Virus record (IMG/VR): IMGVR_UViG_3300020045_014710
Location: 1 to 51,129 of that record
Reading direction: 5' to 3' (one strand)
Origin: a virus
Lineage: Duplodnaviria > Caudoviricetes
DNA: 51,129 nucleotides
Made by a program: the position numbers and the translations under genes. This document shows positions 18,373 through 27,715 of this stretch, one piece after another (position 1 is the stretch's first letter; every line of letters begins with the position of its first letter). Under the pieces are notes generated by a model. That model searched no databases. It was not told the DNA's origin and was given only the letters and a program-made list of their open reading frames with translations.

Positions 18373-18768
18373 ATGTCAGAAGAAAACAACAATCAAATTC
18401 CTGATTCAGAAATAATGAAAAAGGTTTTAGCGGAGTTACGCTATTCGGCTTTGGCTTTTGCAAATGAATTAGGATACAAGAGTCATTCTACTATTCATCA
18501 TATTTTATCCAGTAAAAATAAAATCAGTGATGATTTAGTAGATAAAATTATAAAAAAGTTTCCAGAGGTGCATTATTGGTTCCTTAAAAAAGGACAGCTA
18601 CCAGTTATTTTAAATGACAAATTAAAAAGAAATCAAGCTAATTTATTTGGCAAACCAATAGGGATTGATTCACCAGATTACAGCCTTGAAACTTTTACTA
18701 CCTTAAAAAACATTGAAACTATTCTGTTGCGAATCGAAGCGACTTTAAACCAAAAAAGCGACCACTAA
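18373..18768 (+). CDS. XRE family HTH regulator
   Basis: FANELGYKSHSTIHHIL...FPEVHYWFL..G. Confidence 0.8.
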   Translation: MSEENNNQIPDSEIMKKVLAELRYSALAFANELGYKSHSTIHHILSSKNKISDDLVDKIIKKFPEVHYWFLKKGQLPVILNDKLKRNQANLFGKPIGIDSPDYSLETFTTLKNIETILLRIEATLNQKSDH

Positions 18769-18783
18769 GGGTCGCTTTTTTTT
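18752..18783 (+). terminator. Intrinsic terminator
   Basis: AAAAAAGCGACC-ACTAAG-GGTCGCTTTTTT. Confidence 0.85.
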
Positions 18784-18785
18784 AT

Positions 18786-18866
18786 TATCTTTGTAAAGAG
18801 TTCATCGTACCATTTGGACGAAGGAAATATTAAAACGCAAGCCTTGATGCTCTGCGTTTTTTTTGC
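18786..18866 (+). ncRNA. Candidate ~70 nt small RNA
   Basis: TATCTTTG promoter element followed by a short ORF-less stretch ending in the hairpin AAAACGCA..TGCGTTTTTTTT. Confidence 0.4.
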
Positions 18867-18868
18867 TT

Positions 18869-19087
18869 TTACAATTCTTTATAACTGATTTCTGATTTTA
18901 GTGCTTTTAATATTTTAGCCATTACATCAATGGTTATTCCTTTTCGTCTGCCGTTTTCCAGATCACTAATGTACCTGTTTTTTCTATCTTCAAAAACTTC
19001 TTCTGAAATGTCCGCAATTGATTTCCCTAGTGCTGTCCTTTTTTCTTTTACAAATTTGGCGAAAATCTCTATTTCTGTATCTGGCAT
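18869..19087 (-). CDS. XRE family HTH regulator
   Basis: FVKEKR...YISDLENGRR..ITIDVMAKILKAL. Confidence 0.88.
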   Translation of the reverse strand: MPDTEIEIFAKFVKEKRTALGKSIADISEEVFEDRKNRYISDLENGRRKGITIDVMAKILKALKSEISYKEL

Positions 19088-19309
19088 TTAATATTTATTT
19101 TTGAATTTATAATTATGTTTTTGTTTAATAATTTCAGCTTGATGCTTTAAATTATTAGTTGTCAAAGGTATTAAATTTAAGTTTTCGTGAATGTTTACAT
19201 TTTTGTAAGAAACAACATTTCCACCTAAAGTAATAAACCATTCGTAAAAATTTTGAGTTTTTGCTATTGCTGACATATTTTTTTTGATGTTAGTAAATAC
19301 TTGCTGCAA
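19088..19309 (-). CDS. Hypothetical protein
   Basis: Abuts the XRE gene; likely internal start MSAIAK. Confidence 0.5.
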   Translation of the reverse strand: MQQVFTNIKKNMSAIAKTQNFYEWFITLGGNVVSYKNVNIHENLNLIPLTTNNLKHQAEIIKQKHNYKFKNKY

Positions 19310-19369
19310 TTGCTACAGCAAGTAAAAAAATGATTAAAATTATAGATTGTTTTTTGCTCATGGTGCTTT

Positions 19370-19531
19370 TTATTCGTGATAAAAAATAGCTGCTTTAAAA
19401 TGTTCATCCACATGATCGTAAAAAGTTGAGGTATGAATAATAACAAATTGAGCATTAAGTTTTTGAAGTTCTTCAATTAAATTAGTTCCCAGTGCTTCGG
19501 AATCTATGTTTTTTAAAATTGTCTGTTTCAT
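19370..19531 (-). CDS. Small hypothetical protein (53 aa, not in track)
   Basis: MKQTILKNIDSEALG...AAIFYHE*. Confidence 0.55.
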   Translation of the reverse strand: MKQTILKNIDSEALGTNLIEELQKLNAQFVIIHTSTFYDHVDEHFKAAIFYHE

Positions 19532-19597
19532 TTAAAAAGTAAATTAGTGAGGTGTATTATAAAAGTTTCGATTTGATCTCTAAATTGATTCATGGCT

Positions 19598-19960
19598 TTA
19601 GTTTTTTATTATTTCTTTTACGTTCAATGGGTAGTAGTTGCCTTCGTGTTTAAAGCATTTTTGATTTTTTAGCTTTTGTTCTACTGCTTCCCTTGTTTTT
19701 ATTAGTTCGTCCAGCATACCAGCCATTATAGGCTTGGCAAGTCCAGGAGAAAGTCCCAATAATCCCAATTTTGCCTTAACAATTAAATAGATGGTTCTAT
19801 CTTTTTGTTGGGGCGTTAGGCTTGAAAAATATCTAAAGCCTTGTAGCTTCATTGCTTTTGCTGTTGTCATTTTTTCCATTTTATAAAGGTTTTTGTTTAT
19901 AATTTTACCTGTGCCGTTGTCGGTATCGCTACGAATAATTCTCCATTTCAAAGAATTCAA
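19598..19960 (-). CDS. Hypothetical protein (likely start MEKMTT)
   Basis: ORF in early cluster. Confidence 0.6.
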   Translation of the reverse strand: MNSLKWRIIRSDTDNGTGKIINKNLYKMEKMTTAKAMKLQGFRYFSSLTPQQKDRTIYLIVKAKLGLLGLSPGLAKPIMAGMLDELIKTREAVEQKLKNQKCFKHEGNYYPLNVKEIIKN

Positions 19961-20106
19961 CGGCTGTTATGCTACATTATCGGGGAGTAATGAGCAACTA
20001 AATAAGTGCAGGACGCTACGAATAAATAAAATAAAATAGCTCCTATAATCTCTTTTGTTCTTTCTGATAAATTCATAATTTGTGTTTTTGGTATTAATAA
20101 TTTGTA

Positions 20107-21603
20107 CTAAAATAATTCTGGGTTTAATGTAAATGTTTTTAAAACAGTAGGTTTTATTTTTGGGCTGTATGCCGTTGGTCTTGGCTGTTGTGCTGCTTTT
20201 GCTTTTTGGCGTTCGGTTCGTTTGTCTGGTGCTTTTTCATAAAGCGGAAAACCTTTTATTTTTGCTACTCTTTGGTTGAATCTTCCCCAGATTTCTTTGT
20301 CTTTAAATTCAAAGTGAGCAGTACCAACTTTAAAACATTTTACTCTAAAATAAGCCCATTCAAACCATTGTCCGTACTCGTTTATCGGTTTTCTTCCAGT
20401 TGTGTAAAGTGTGTCAAATTCATCGTAATTATCGCCCGTGATATAACAAATTGCTTTTAACATATCTTCTAAGGTATTAGAAGAGTTCATTTGAATTTTA
20501 GTTTCTCCTTTATACCATCTTTGATCTTGATAACAAATACTTGGAACAATAAATTTTTGATTTAAAACATAATTTTCATTAGTTTTCCAACCTTTTAGGC
20601 CAAATCTGTTTTCGTGATGGTGTGAAGTAACTTTATCAAAAACTACCTCAATAGCTTTATCCATTCTCTGCTCGGTTGTTCCTATTACAATTTCAAGCAT
20701 TTTATAAATGTTACGCATCGTAAAAGGAATGTGTGTTTGGTCTTCTACAAATTTGTTTATATCGTCTCTCATACTTTGGGTAGAATACTTTTGCATATTC
20801 ATTTTATTAAAAATGAAGTTCCAACCGCTTTTTTGCATTTCCTTTTTAAAATCAGCTCTTTGTATTGGTTTTTCTTTATCAGTTACCTGAAAACCTATTT
20901 TTACAGAAAAATAACCGCTTGTTAAATTATTCATCCTGTTAGCCTCTTCTAGTTGCTTATCAAAAATTTTGATGCTTTCAACATATCGGTTAACTAAATC
21001 CCTAACAACATCATAACTCATTATTCCTTCGCCTTCTGGCTCTTCTTCATCATCTAAAAAGAAACCTTCAAACTCTGTAGAATACTTTGCACCGCTTTTT
21101 TGTAATATTACTAAACCAATTTCAACGCCTGTTGTTCTTTCGGAATTTTCAAAACAATTGCCTAAACTGGTATAATTCCCGTATAAATTAATATTGTTTT
21201 TTAGTTCTTTTCTGCTTTGGCTGTATGGGTTTACAATAGTTTGAGCGTTACAAAGTGAAATGATTTTACAACCTGCTGGCGCAATATTAAAAGCGTGTAA
21301 AATGTGTTTTTCGTCTCCGCTAAATGGTGGATTCATTACAATTAAATCAACGTGCGAAATGTCCGAACTCTCCAACTCTAAAAAATCAGCTTTTAAAAAT
21401 CTGGCTTTTTGGCTGGAAATGTGCGCCAAATCTTCGTTTAACTCACAAAAAAGAACTTCTTTCGCTCCGTTGTCATTCAAATAATCAATAATATTTCCTT
21501 TTCCTGCGCTAGGCTCTAGAATTACTTTATCAGTTATATTAATGCCTTCTAGCATTAAAAAAATAACATCGTTTGGCGTTGGATAAAAATCAGGATTAAA
21601 CAT
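20107..21603 (-). CDS. SAM-dependent amino-DNA methyltransferase with DUF4942-like C-terminus
   Basis: DFYPTP, ILEPSAGKG and VMNPPF motifs; C-terminal YFRVKCFK.GTAHFEF. Confidence 0.85.
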   Translation of the reverse strand: MFNPDFYPTPNDVIFLMLEGINITDKVILEPSAGKGNIIDYLNDNGAKEVLFCELNEDLAHISSQKARFLKADFLELESSDISHVDLIVMNPPFSGDEKHILHAFNIAPAGCKIISLCNAQTIVNPYSQSRKELKNNINLYGNYTSLGNCFENSERTTGVEIGLVILQKSGAKYSTEFEGFFLDDEEEPEGEGIMSYDVVRDLVNRYVESIKIFDKQLEEANRMNNLTSGYFSVKIGFQVTDKEKPIQRADFKKEMQKSGWNFIFNKMNMQKYSTQSMRDDINKFVEDQTHIPFTMRNIYKMLEIVIGTTEQRMDKAIEVVFDKVTSHHHENRFGLKGWKTNENYVLNQKFIVPSICYQDQRWYKGETKIQMNSSNTLEDMLKAICYITGDNYDEFDTLYTTGRKPINEYGQWFEWAYFRVKCFKVGTAHFEFKDKEIWGRFNQRVAKIKGFPLYEKAPDKRTERQKAKAAQQPRPTAYSPKIKPTVLKTFTLNPELF

Positions 21604-21608
21604 ATTTT

Positions 21609-21776
21609 TTAGTTTTTAAATTCATTATATCCAACCTCAAAAGCAATAGGATCGTTTTTATAAATCCAGTTCCCGTACTTTGCGCGGTCTGGTATTCTTC
21701 CGCCGTTGCTTTTTTTGTCGTCTTCTGGAGTGCTTATTTCGTTTAAATAATCTGTGTACTGTTTTTTAGTTTTCAT
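21609..21776 (-). CDS. Small hypothetical protein (55 aa, not in track)
   Basis: MKTKKQYTDYLNE...DPIAFEVGYNEFKN*. Confidence 0.65.
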   Translation of the reverse strand: MKTKKQYTDYLNEISTPEDDKKSNGGRIPDRAKYGNWIYKNDPIAFEVGYNEFKN

Positions 21777-21820
21777 TTTTAAAAGCCTTTTTTAAACGTG
21801 CTTAGGTTTATATTAAATTA

Positions 21821-23182
21821 TTATTGATTTACTAATTTTGATAAATTAAATAGGCTTATAACTTTGCCACTTTCGGCGGCTTCGTTTATATCTTCTAAAT
21901 TGCTGTAAATTTCAACCTCTTGAACTCTGGCGCATTCCTTGACGCTCTCTGAAACTTGGCCCGTATTTTTTAAATCCAATTCAGCTAAAAAATTAACTGT
22001 TTCTTGAATTTCATCTTTTAACGTGGGTACTTCTTTTTTAAATGTGTTTGTTATATCTCTGCCAGAATGATCGTAAACGGTTAAATGTCCAGGAATGTTA
22101 AAGGCTCCGTTTTCGTTTTTTGAACCGTCGAAAATCTTTTCTTCTTCTTGCTCTGGTTCTTCCGCTTCTTCTGGAATAGCTCCGCCGCTTAAAAGTTTTT
22201 CAACTTCTGGAAGTTGTTTTTTTGAGAAGATCCAACCAGGACCGCATGACAAACGAAAGTTAAATTTTCCGCCTATTTCCTTTAATTGGTCTTTGATTGG
22301 TTTTGTATCACCTATAACCGCTATAGATTTTTCGCTGTAGTCAATTATTTGAACTTCTCCGGCTGGAACTTCCACCGCTTCAAAATTTGCGCTTTCTTTT
22401 ACTTCTGTTTGTGCTGCTTCTGTAACTTCAAAACTTAATTTAAAAAACTCGTTTGAATGTGGGTCGCTTTCGGTTCTTGGTATTAGTCCAAGAAAAACGG
22501 CGTTTAATGGAATTTCATTTTCTCTTAAAATTCTATAAAAATGATCATTTACATTATCGTATCCGTGATGATCCAATTCTGGGCGAAGTCTTAATAAATC
22601 ATTTTTTACGGCTTCTTTTAGTTCTTCGTTAAATTCTCTGTAAGTGGTCACATATTTGGCTTGCGGCAAATTTTCTGTGTGTTCGCTGTAGCTGTAATCT
22701 GTCATGCTGTCAAATCGTCCGTATGCGTATTTATTTGTAATTTCTTCAACCTGTCCGACTGTCGGCCCGTTTTCCCAAGAAATACGAACGGCGTCACCTC
22801 CGGAGAAACTCTCCGACCTTACAGAAAATTTAAATTGTGGCATTACTTTTTTAAGTTCTTCACGAATAGCGGCGGCGCAATTTGAATGACTGCTTTTTAA
22901 TGGGTTGGCTTTTAATTCTGCTTTATATGCTTTGCTTCTGTCGTGGCTTGCTTTAGCGTTTTTTATTGCTTCCGTTGCTTGTTCTTCGGTTCTGTATCTT
23001 TTATAGATACTTTCTTTTGCTGCTGTTCCTTTATAGATTTTTAACCAGGTGCTAGTTTCGTCAATCATTACAAATATTTTTAAATCTCCGTAATTTTCGC
23101 GGCTGTAACCTTTTTTTATTAAAGTTTCGAATTCAATATTTTGAATATTTAATCTACCTGCTTTTGTTGCTGTTGCTCTCAT
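21821..23182 (-). CDS. Polyvalent-protein-associated (LPD29-like) multidomain protein
   Basis: IREELKK...KFSVRS..FSGGDAVRISW.NGPT...G.FDSMTD; plus a DYSEKSIAVIGDTKPIKDQLK.IGGKFN..L..GPGWIF module. Confidence 0.75.
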   Translation of the reverse strand: MRATATKAGRLNIQNIEFETLIKKGYSRENYGDLKIFVMIDETSTWLKIYKGTAAKESIYKRYRTEEQATEAIKNAKASHDRSKAYKAELKANPLKSSHSNCAAAIREELKKVMPQFKFSVRSESFSGGDAVRISWENGPTVGQVEEITNKYAYGRFDSMTDYSYSEHTENLPQAKYVTTYREFNEELKEAVKNDLLRLRPELDHHGYDNVNDHFYRILRENEIPLNAVFLGLIPRTESDPHSNEFFKLSFEVTEAAQTEVKESANFEAVEVPAGEVQIIDYSEKSIAVIGDTKPIKDQLKEIGGKFNFRLSCGPGWIFSKKQLPEVEKLLSGGAIPEEAEEPEQEEEKIFDGSKNENGAFNIPGHLTVYDHSGRDITNTFKKEVPTLKDEIQETVNFLAELDLKNTGQVSESVKECARVQEVEIYSNLEDINEAAESGKVISLFNLSKLVNQ

Positions 23183-23205
23183 TTTGATATATTTTTAAAT
23201 TGTTT

Positions 23206-23421
23206 TTAGTCTTCTTTGTATGCTTTGTATTCTTCATCAATTGGCAGGATCTTAAACTCTACCTTTGCAATGTGTTCCGATGCTTTAACGCTCCAGCCTT
23301 CAGATTGCAATTCAATAGCGTATTTTTGCCAGTTGTTTGTTTCTCTTGGTAAACAACCGTTAAACATAAAATAAGAAGCTGTAAGCATTAATATTATATA
23401 GTGGGTTCTAATCTTTTTCAT
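23206..23421 (-). CDS. Small lipoprotein-like protein
   Basis: Hydrophobic N-terminus followed by NGC. Confidence 0.55.
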   Translation of the reverse strand: MKKIRTHYIILMLTASYFMFNGCLPRETNNWQKYAIELQSEGWSVKASEHIAKVEFKILPIDEEYKAYKED

Positions 23422-23527
23422 GCTATCGGGTTTTAAATTTGTATAACAATTGAAACAATAAAAAGAAAGAAAACCGACAAAATTAATTTACATCGGTTTT
23501 CTGTTTGGTTGGGTTTCCTCTTCATAT

Positions 23528-24025
23528 TTAATTAAGTTTTAAAGATTTTGTATTTTTGAATGTCTTACACCCGTAGGTACTTTTTATTTGCTCCAGGCTT
23601 TTAGTTCCTTTGCTTTTTTGTTGGTAGTCTTCAGGAGAGTAATACCAGGATTTTTTGACGCTGGCGAACCTTGCACCGTTGTAGCCTATTAACTTGATCC
23701 CTTTTATTACTTCCTTTTGTTCAAACGTTGCGCCTTTCTTTTCATCTTCTAACCAAATGAAGGAACCGACAAAAGAAATATTAATTTCCTCCAGCCTATC
23801 AAAGTTTTTGATCATATCGTAAAACTCTGAAGGATCAAAATTTGTATAATCTTCTTTTTGTTGGTCTGTCTGGTTCGTTGGTTTAAACTTTTTGAACTCT
23901 GCAAACATTTGAATAAATTCTGTTTGTGAATCTCTTCCGCTTGTGTCTGGGTGCAGATCTTTACATAATTGACGAAATAAGTTTTTAGCCTCGTCTATCG
24001 TACTGCAATTATTAAAGTAATTCAT
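23528..24025 (-). CDS. J-domain (DnaJ-like) protein
   Basis: MNYFNNC.TIDEAKNLFRQLCKDLHPD, HPD motif; first gene of the early cluster. Confidence 0.82.
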   Translation of the reverse strand: MNYFNNCSTIDEAKNLFRQLCKDLHPDTSGRDSQTEFIQMFAEFKKFKPTNQTDQQKEDYTNFDPSEFYDMIKNFDRLEEINISFVGSFIWLEDEKKGATFEQKEVIKGIKLIGYNGARFASVKKSWYYSPEDYQQKSKGTKSLEQIKSTYGCKTFKNTKSLKLN

Positions 24026-24050
24026 AGTTATAAAGTATTTATTGTTTTGT

Positions 24051-24102
24051 CTTGTTTCGCTGTCTTTCAGCTCGTCAGTAAGGAAATAAATCCTTATACA
24101 AG
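24051..24102 (-). ncRNA. Type III hammerhead ribozyme
   Basis: CUUG-UA-UAAGGA(uuuauu)UCCUUA-CUGACGA-GCUG(aaaga)CAGC-GAAA-CAAG: complete core and three paired stems; GUA cleavage triplet. Confidence 0.9.
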
Positions 24103-24226
24103 TTCAGCGTATCATTATTTACAATACTGCTGGATTTCGGTTTATTTAGCCTGAGTAATCACACCCGCCATTATAGTCTGGTCCACTTGTAAAAGCTTTG
24201 ATTTAATCAACTGCTTTAGTACCCCA

Positions 24227-24256
24227 CAAATATAGGTCTTTATATCATTGGTATAA
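24227..24256 (-). promoter_or_regulatory. Early promoter (TATATTTG, 24227-24234) with adjacent operator-like palindrome
   Basis: TAnnTTTG match plus TTATATCATTGGTATAA at 24240-24256. Confidence 0.55.
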
Positions 24257-25193
24257 CAAATTGATACCACTAAATTGATACTAATTATTTATACTAATAA
24301 TATAAACAATAGTTTTTATTTATAATTCGTTTATTTTATTCAATGCCTTGTTATCATTGGTTTTACTACTGTTATTCGTTCGTTTTATTATCATTGTTTT
24401 GTTATGCTTTTTATTCGTTTTCCTGCTGGATTGTTTTGTTATTGATTGATTTGGTTTGATTTTATTATTTACTTGCTATTTTGATTTATTGACTGTTAAT
24501 GTAAGGACAGTTAAACCGCTTGTAATTGCGTTTAAAGCTGGTTTTATGGCTTAATATTCCGGAATGATGCAGAATGATTTTAATATATTGAAACGTCAGG
24601 CGGTTGAGTTTGTAATTCGCTGGATAATTGACTGGTTTTTTGTAGTTGTCGTGTTGATTGTCGGGATAATTAGTATAAAATATTATAATTTCCTTTATTA
24701 GTAAGGCTTGGCAGTGGCTTAACGTGACCTAAATAGGATTAAGTTTGTAGTAGTATAAACGAAATCAGTCACAACGGGAGGAATAAAAAAGTCAAAAAAA
24801 TAGCAGGATCAACAGAAATTAAAGACCCCATACCCCAAAATAATCGAGTTTCCTTTTTCGTCGGAACGTCCGGATACCCCTATACCCTCCCTACAAAGCA
24901 ATCATGTAGTAAGTTTTTATAATAACAATAAAAAGTAAGTAAAATAGTAAAATTATAAAGTATTAATAATCAATAAGTTAATAAAACATTTATAAATTAA
25001 AACTGTTAAAATTGATTTATTATTTGTTTATTCCAATTATACTAAGTTACTCAAAGTAATTACTATAGAGTTTATTTGCTTGTTTTATGCTTTAACTTAT
25101 TTGTTTTCAATTTGTTACATTTTTTTTTATGTTTTGAAATTACCACTGGGTGATAGTTTAATTACCAACCACTGGTAATTTCATGTCAAATAA

Positions 25194-25224
25194 TTATACT
25201 ATTAGTATAAAATAATTATATTTG
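25194..25224 (+). promoter_or_regulatory. Palindromic operator TTATACTA-T-TAGTATAA and promoter TATATTTG
   Basis: 17 bp palindrome at 25194-25210, then the -7 element at 25217-25224 before the rightward operon. Confidence 0.6.
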
Positions 25225-25247
25225 TAAAAGCTTAAACGAAAACACAA

Positions 25248-25553
25248 ATGGGAATGATTACAAAAAAAATGTTTGTTCATACGATTTTAACATTAAGACT
25301 TCAGTTTCAATATGATATTGAACAAGCTCAGGCTTTGTCTGTTGCTTTAAAAGTAGTCGAAGAAAACATTCCTACGTACAACAACAATCCATTGATTAAA
25401 GCTATTATTTCGTTGCTTCAGTTGCATTTCCCTAAAGACTCTAATGGTTTTTGCAGGATAGAGCACTATTGCTTTGAATTAAACTTTGGCAAAGTAGGTG
25501 ATCAGGAATTAATAACTACTGATGATTTATGGTTTGAATTAAATAAAAAATAA
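25248..25553 (+). CDS. Hypothetical protein
   Basis: First ORF of rightward operon; IEHYCFELNFG. Confidence 0.7.
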   Translation: MGMITKKMFVHTILTLRLQFQYDIEQAQALSVALKVVEENIPTYNNNPLIKAIISLLQLHFPKDSNGFCRIEHYCFELNFGKVGDQELITTDDLWFELNKK

Positions 25554-25559
25554 AAAACA

Positions 25560-25805
25560 ATGGCTTGTACTAATGACTTTATGAAAGGTTGCGCTGGAAA
25601 GATGCAGCATAAGACAAGGTTATCAGCCAATTACTTTTTACAAAACGAACATTCTAACACTACTGCTAAAGTTTACAAATGTAAAATATGTGGCAAATTT
25701 CATATCGGTAGTGATAATAAAACAAGGGAAAATAAAACAGTTAAACCAAAAAAACGAGTAAATGAAGAACAACACAAACGAAAGCACAAAAGATTCAAGT
25801 ACTAA
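25560..25805 (+). CDS. Zn-finger-like small protein
   Basis: C..K.....YKCKICGKFHIG. Confidence 0.65.
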   Translation: MACTNDFMKGCAGKMQHKTRLSANYFLQNEHSNTTAKVYKCKICGKFHIGSDNKTRENKTVKPKKRVNEEQHKRKHKRFKY

Positions 25806-26448
25806 CAATGTACTTGCTTTTATTCCGGAAAAACCAACATATACTGTTGAAGAAATGTACCAAGGCGTAGTGGGCCACCCAAACGGTAATTACTACAAAA
25901 TAACCAGAAAAGATTTAACCAATGTTTATCTTTCATTGATTGAAGGAAACCAATTGACGAGTTGTCCTGCAGCAATGTTGCTATACGAAATCAGCAAAGG
26001 GTCATGGTTTTTTTATGCTCCTGGCGATAATTCATGGAAAGAAAAAGTTTATACCGAAGAAGTGATGGCGTATAAAAACAACGTCTTGAAATCGCTTATC
26101 TATAACCAGCTTTGTGTAGAGGCTAATGATAATCTTATTGGTACAGTAGAACACGATCCTTATCTAAACAACTTACTGAAGAAAGCAAACAAAGGATTAG
26201 AACGTAAGGCCAATAAACATTTGAACCAAGTGTACGGTGCCGATCCTCAAATGTTAACAAATCTATTCAACGCGATTGATGGTTTTGTTTCCAGAATGGC
26301 AAAGTCATTACCGCATGAATTTTTATACCTCAACTCCATTTATGACGAGTACAATGCGGATCCTACAAAATACATTGGCAGAGAAATATTGCTTGACGAT
26401 GTGAATACGAAGGATACGTACGATGCGGATAAAGATAAAGAATACTAG
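25762..26448 (+). CDS. Hypothetical protein
   Basis: 228 aa ORF in operon. Confidence 0.7.
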   Translation: MKNNTNESTKDSSTNNVLAFIPEKPTYTVEEMYQGVVGHPNGNYYKITRKDLTNVYLSLIEGNQLTSCPAAMLLYEISKGSWFFYAPGDNSWKEKVYTEEVMAYKNNVLKSLIYNQLCVEANDNLIGTVEHDPYLNNLLKKANKGLERKANKHLNQVYGADPQMLTNLFNAIDGFVSRMAKSLPHEFLYLNSIYDEYNADPTKYIGREILLDDVNTKDTYDADKDKEY

Positions 26449-26450
26449 CT

Positions 26451-26903
26451 ATGAACAGCCTACAAAATTTAGTTATAGGAATTGATCCTGATGTGAGTAA
26501 ATCAGGAGTCGCCAGTATCGATAAGAAAACTAAAATTTTCGAATTGAAAACATTAACTTTTTTTGAACTATTCGACTACCTAGAGTTCAACAAAGAATTC
26601 ATTAAGGAAGTTCGAATAGAGGCTTCATGGTTGATTAAAAAAACCAATTGGCACGAAAACAAAAAAGGTACCGGTGTCGCTTCTAGAATCGGTTCAAAAA
26701 CAGGAGCCAATCACGAAGTAGGAAGAAAGATTGTCGAAATGTGTATTCATAAAGAAATTCCTTTTGTCCAAGTTAAACCACTCAAAAAACATTGGAAAGG
26801 AACTGATGGAAAAATAACCCATAAAGAAATCGAAAAGTTAGTCGCCAATTTTCCTAAAAAATCAAACCAAGAACAGCGCGATGCTTTGTTACTAATTCTA
26901 TAA
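26451..26903 (+). CDS. RuvC-like Holliday junction resolvase
   Basis: VIGIDPDVSKSG, acidic E in VRIEA, C-terminal EQRDA. Confidence 0.8.
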   Translation: MNSLQNLVIGIDPDVSKSGVASIDKKTKIFELKTLTFFELFDYLEFNKEFIKEVRIEASWLIKKTNWHENKKGTGVASRIGSKTGANHEVGRKIVEMCIHKEIPFVQVKPLKKHWKGTDGKITHKEIEKLVANFPKKSNQEQRDALLLIL

Positions 26904-26931
26904 TCAATGAAAGATAAAGCTAAAGAGAAAT

Positions 26932-27159
26932 GTGAATGCAAAATTCCAGAGCCAAGATCTAAATGTAGCGAAAATGGAATTTCAGCTTATTGTGTTAAAT
27001 GTAAAAAAACGATATAAAATGATAATAAAAACAACAATCATTGCTATTGTCATAATAGCTTTTCTAGTAGTAATCTGGTTCAAACCAAGAATAGATAAAG
27101 CTAATGGGAAGTACATCCTTTGGTATGGCATTAAAAATAGAAAATTTATATTCCTATGA
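26932..27159 (+). CDS. Small membrane protein (likely start MIIKTT)
   Basis: Single TM segment. Confidence 0.5.
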   Translation: MNAKFQSQDLNVAKMEFQLIVLNVKKRYKMIIKTTIIAIVIIAFLVVIWFKPRIDKANGKYILWYGIKNRKFIFL

Positions 27160-27431
27160 AAAAACCAAATCTTCAAGCAGTAAAGAAATATTTTTCTAAT
27201 ACTAAAACAGTAACCTGCTTAACTAACGCAATGAATGTTGACGTTACCGGCATTAATTCTTTTGAATACGATGATGAAGCAGAAATATGGACTTCCGTAG
27301 GTGGGGCCATTACCTTTTGGAAAAATGGAGTATATGCTACAATTGTAAACTCAGTTTCAAAAAAACCATGCAAATGCGAAAACTGTGACTGCAATAAGTT
27401 AAAAACGGTTAAACGTAATCTTAAAAAGTAA
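27156..27431 (+). CDS. Hypothetical protein
   Basis: ATGA overlap coupling. Confidence 0.65.
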   Translation: MKKPNLQAVKKYFSNTKTVTCLTNAMNVDVTGINSFEYDDEAEIWTSVGGAITFWKNGVYATIVNSVSKKPCKCENCDCNKLKTVKRNLKK

Positions 27432-27715
27432 TGGATCATTTAATCATTGAAAACTTAGCAGTATGCTTTAAGGAGTCAAAAGAACCAATTATAATATTTT
27501 GTGATTGGAAAGATGCTGTAAAAATAAAATTAGACATTGAATCTAAAATGTTAAATGTAATGAATGGTGATTTTACAGATACAAGTAAATTTCCTTTATT
27601 ACGATATTTTTCATGTATCATGGAAGGTAAAACATTTGTTTTTATTGACACACTACAGATGGATTTGTTTTTAAAATTAAAGAATAAATATATCGATGAA
27701 AAAAACAACAATTGA
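27431..27715 (+). CDS. Hypothetical protein
   Basis: TAATG coupling. Confidence 0.6.
   Translation: MDHLIIENLAVCFKESKEPIIIFCDWKDAVKIKLDIESKMLNVMNGDFTDTSKFPLLRYFSCIMEGKTFVFIDTLQMDLFLKLKNKYIDEKNNN

Noticed and set aside
19264-19476. Track ORF of 70 aa
   Set aside because: It has a non-ATG start and overlaps a better ATG-initiated ORF (19370-19531) in another frame.
24105-24225. Second ribozyme (twister-like) in the early leader
   Set aside because: I could not build the required stems and pseudoknots by eye; a covariance-model search is needed.
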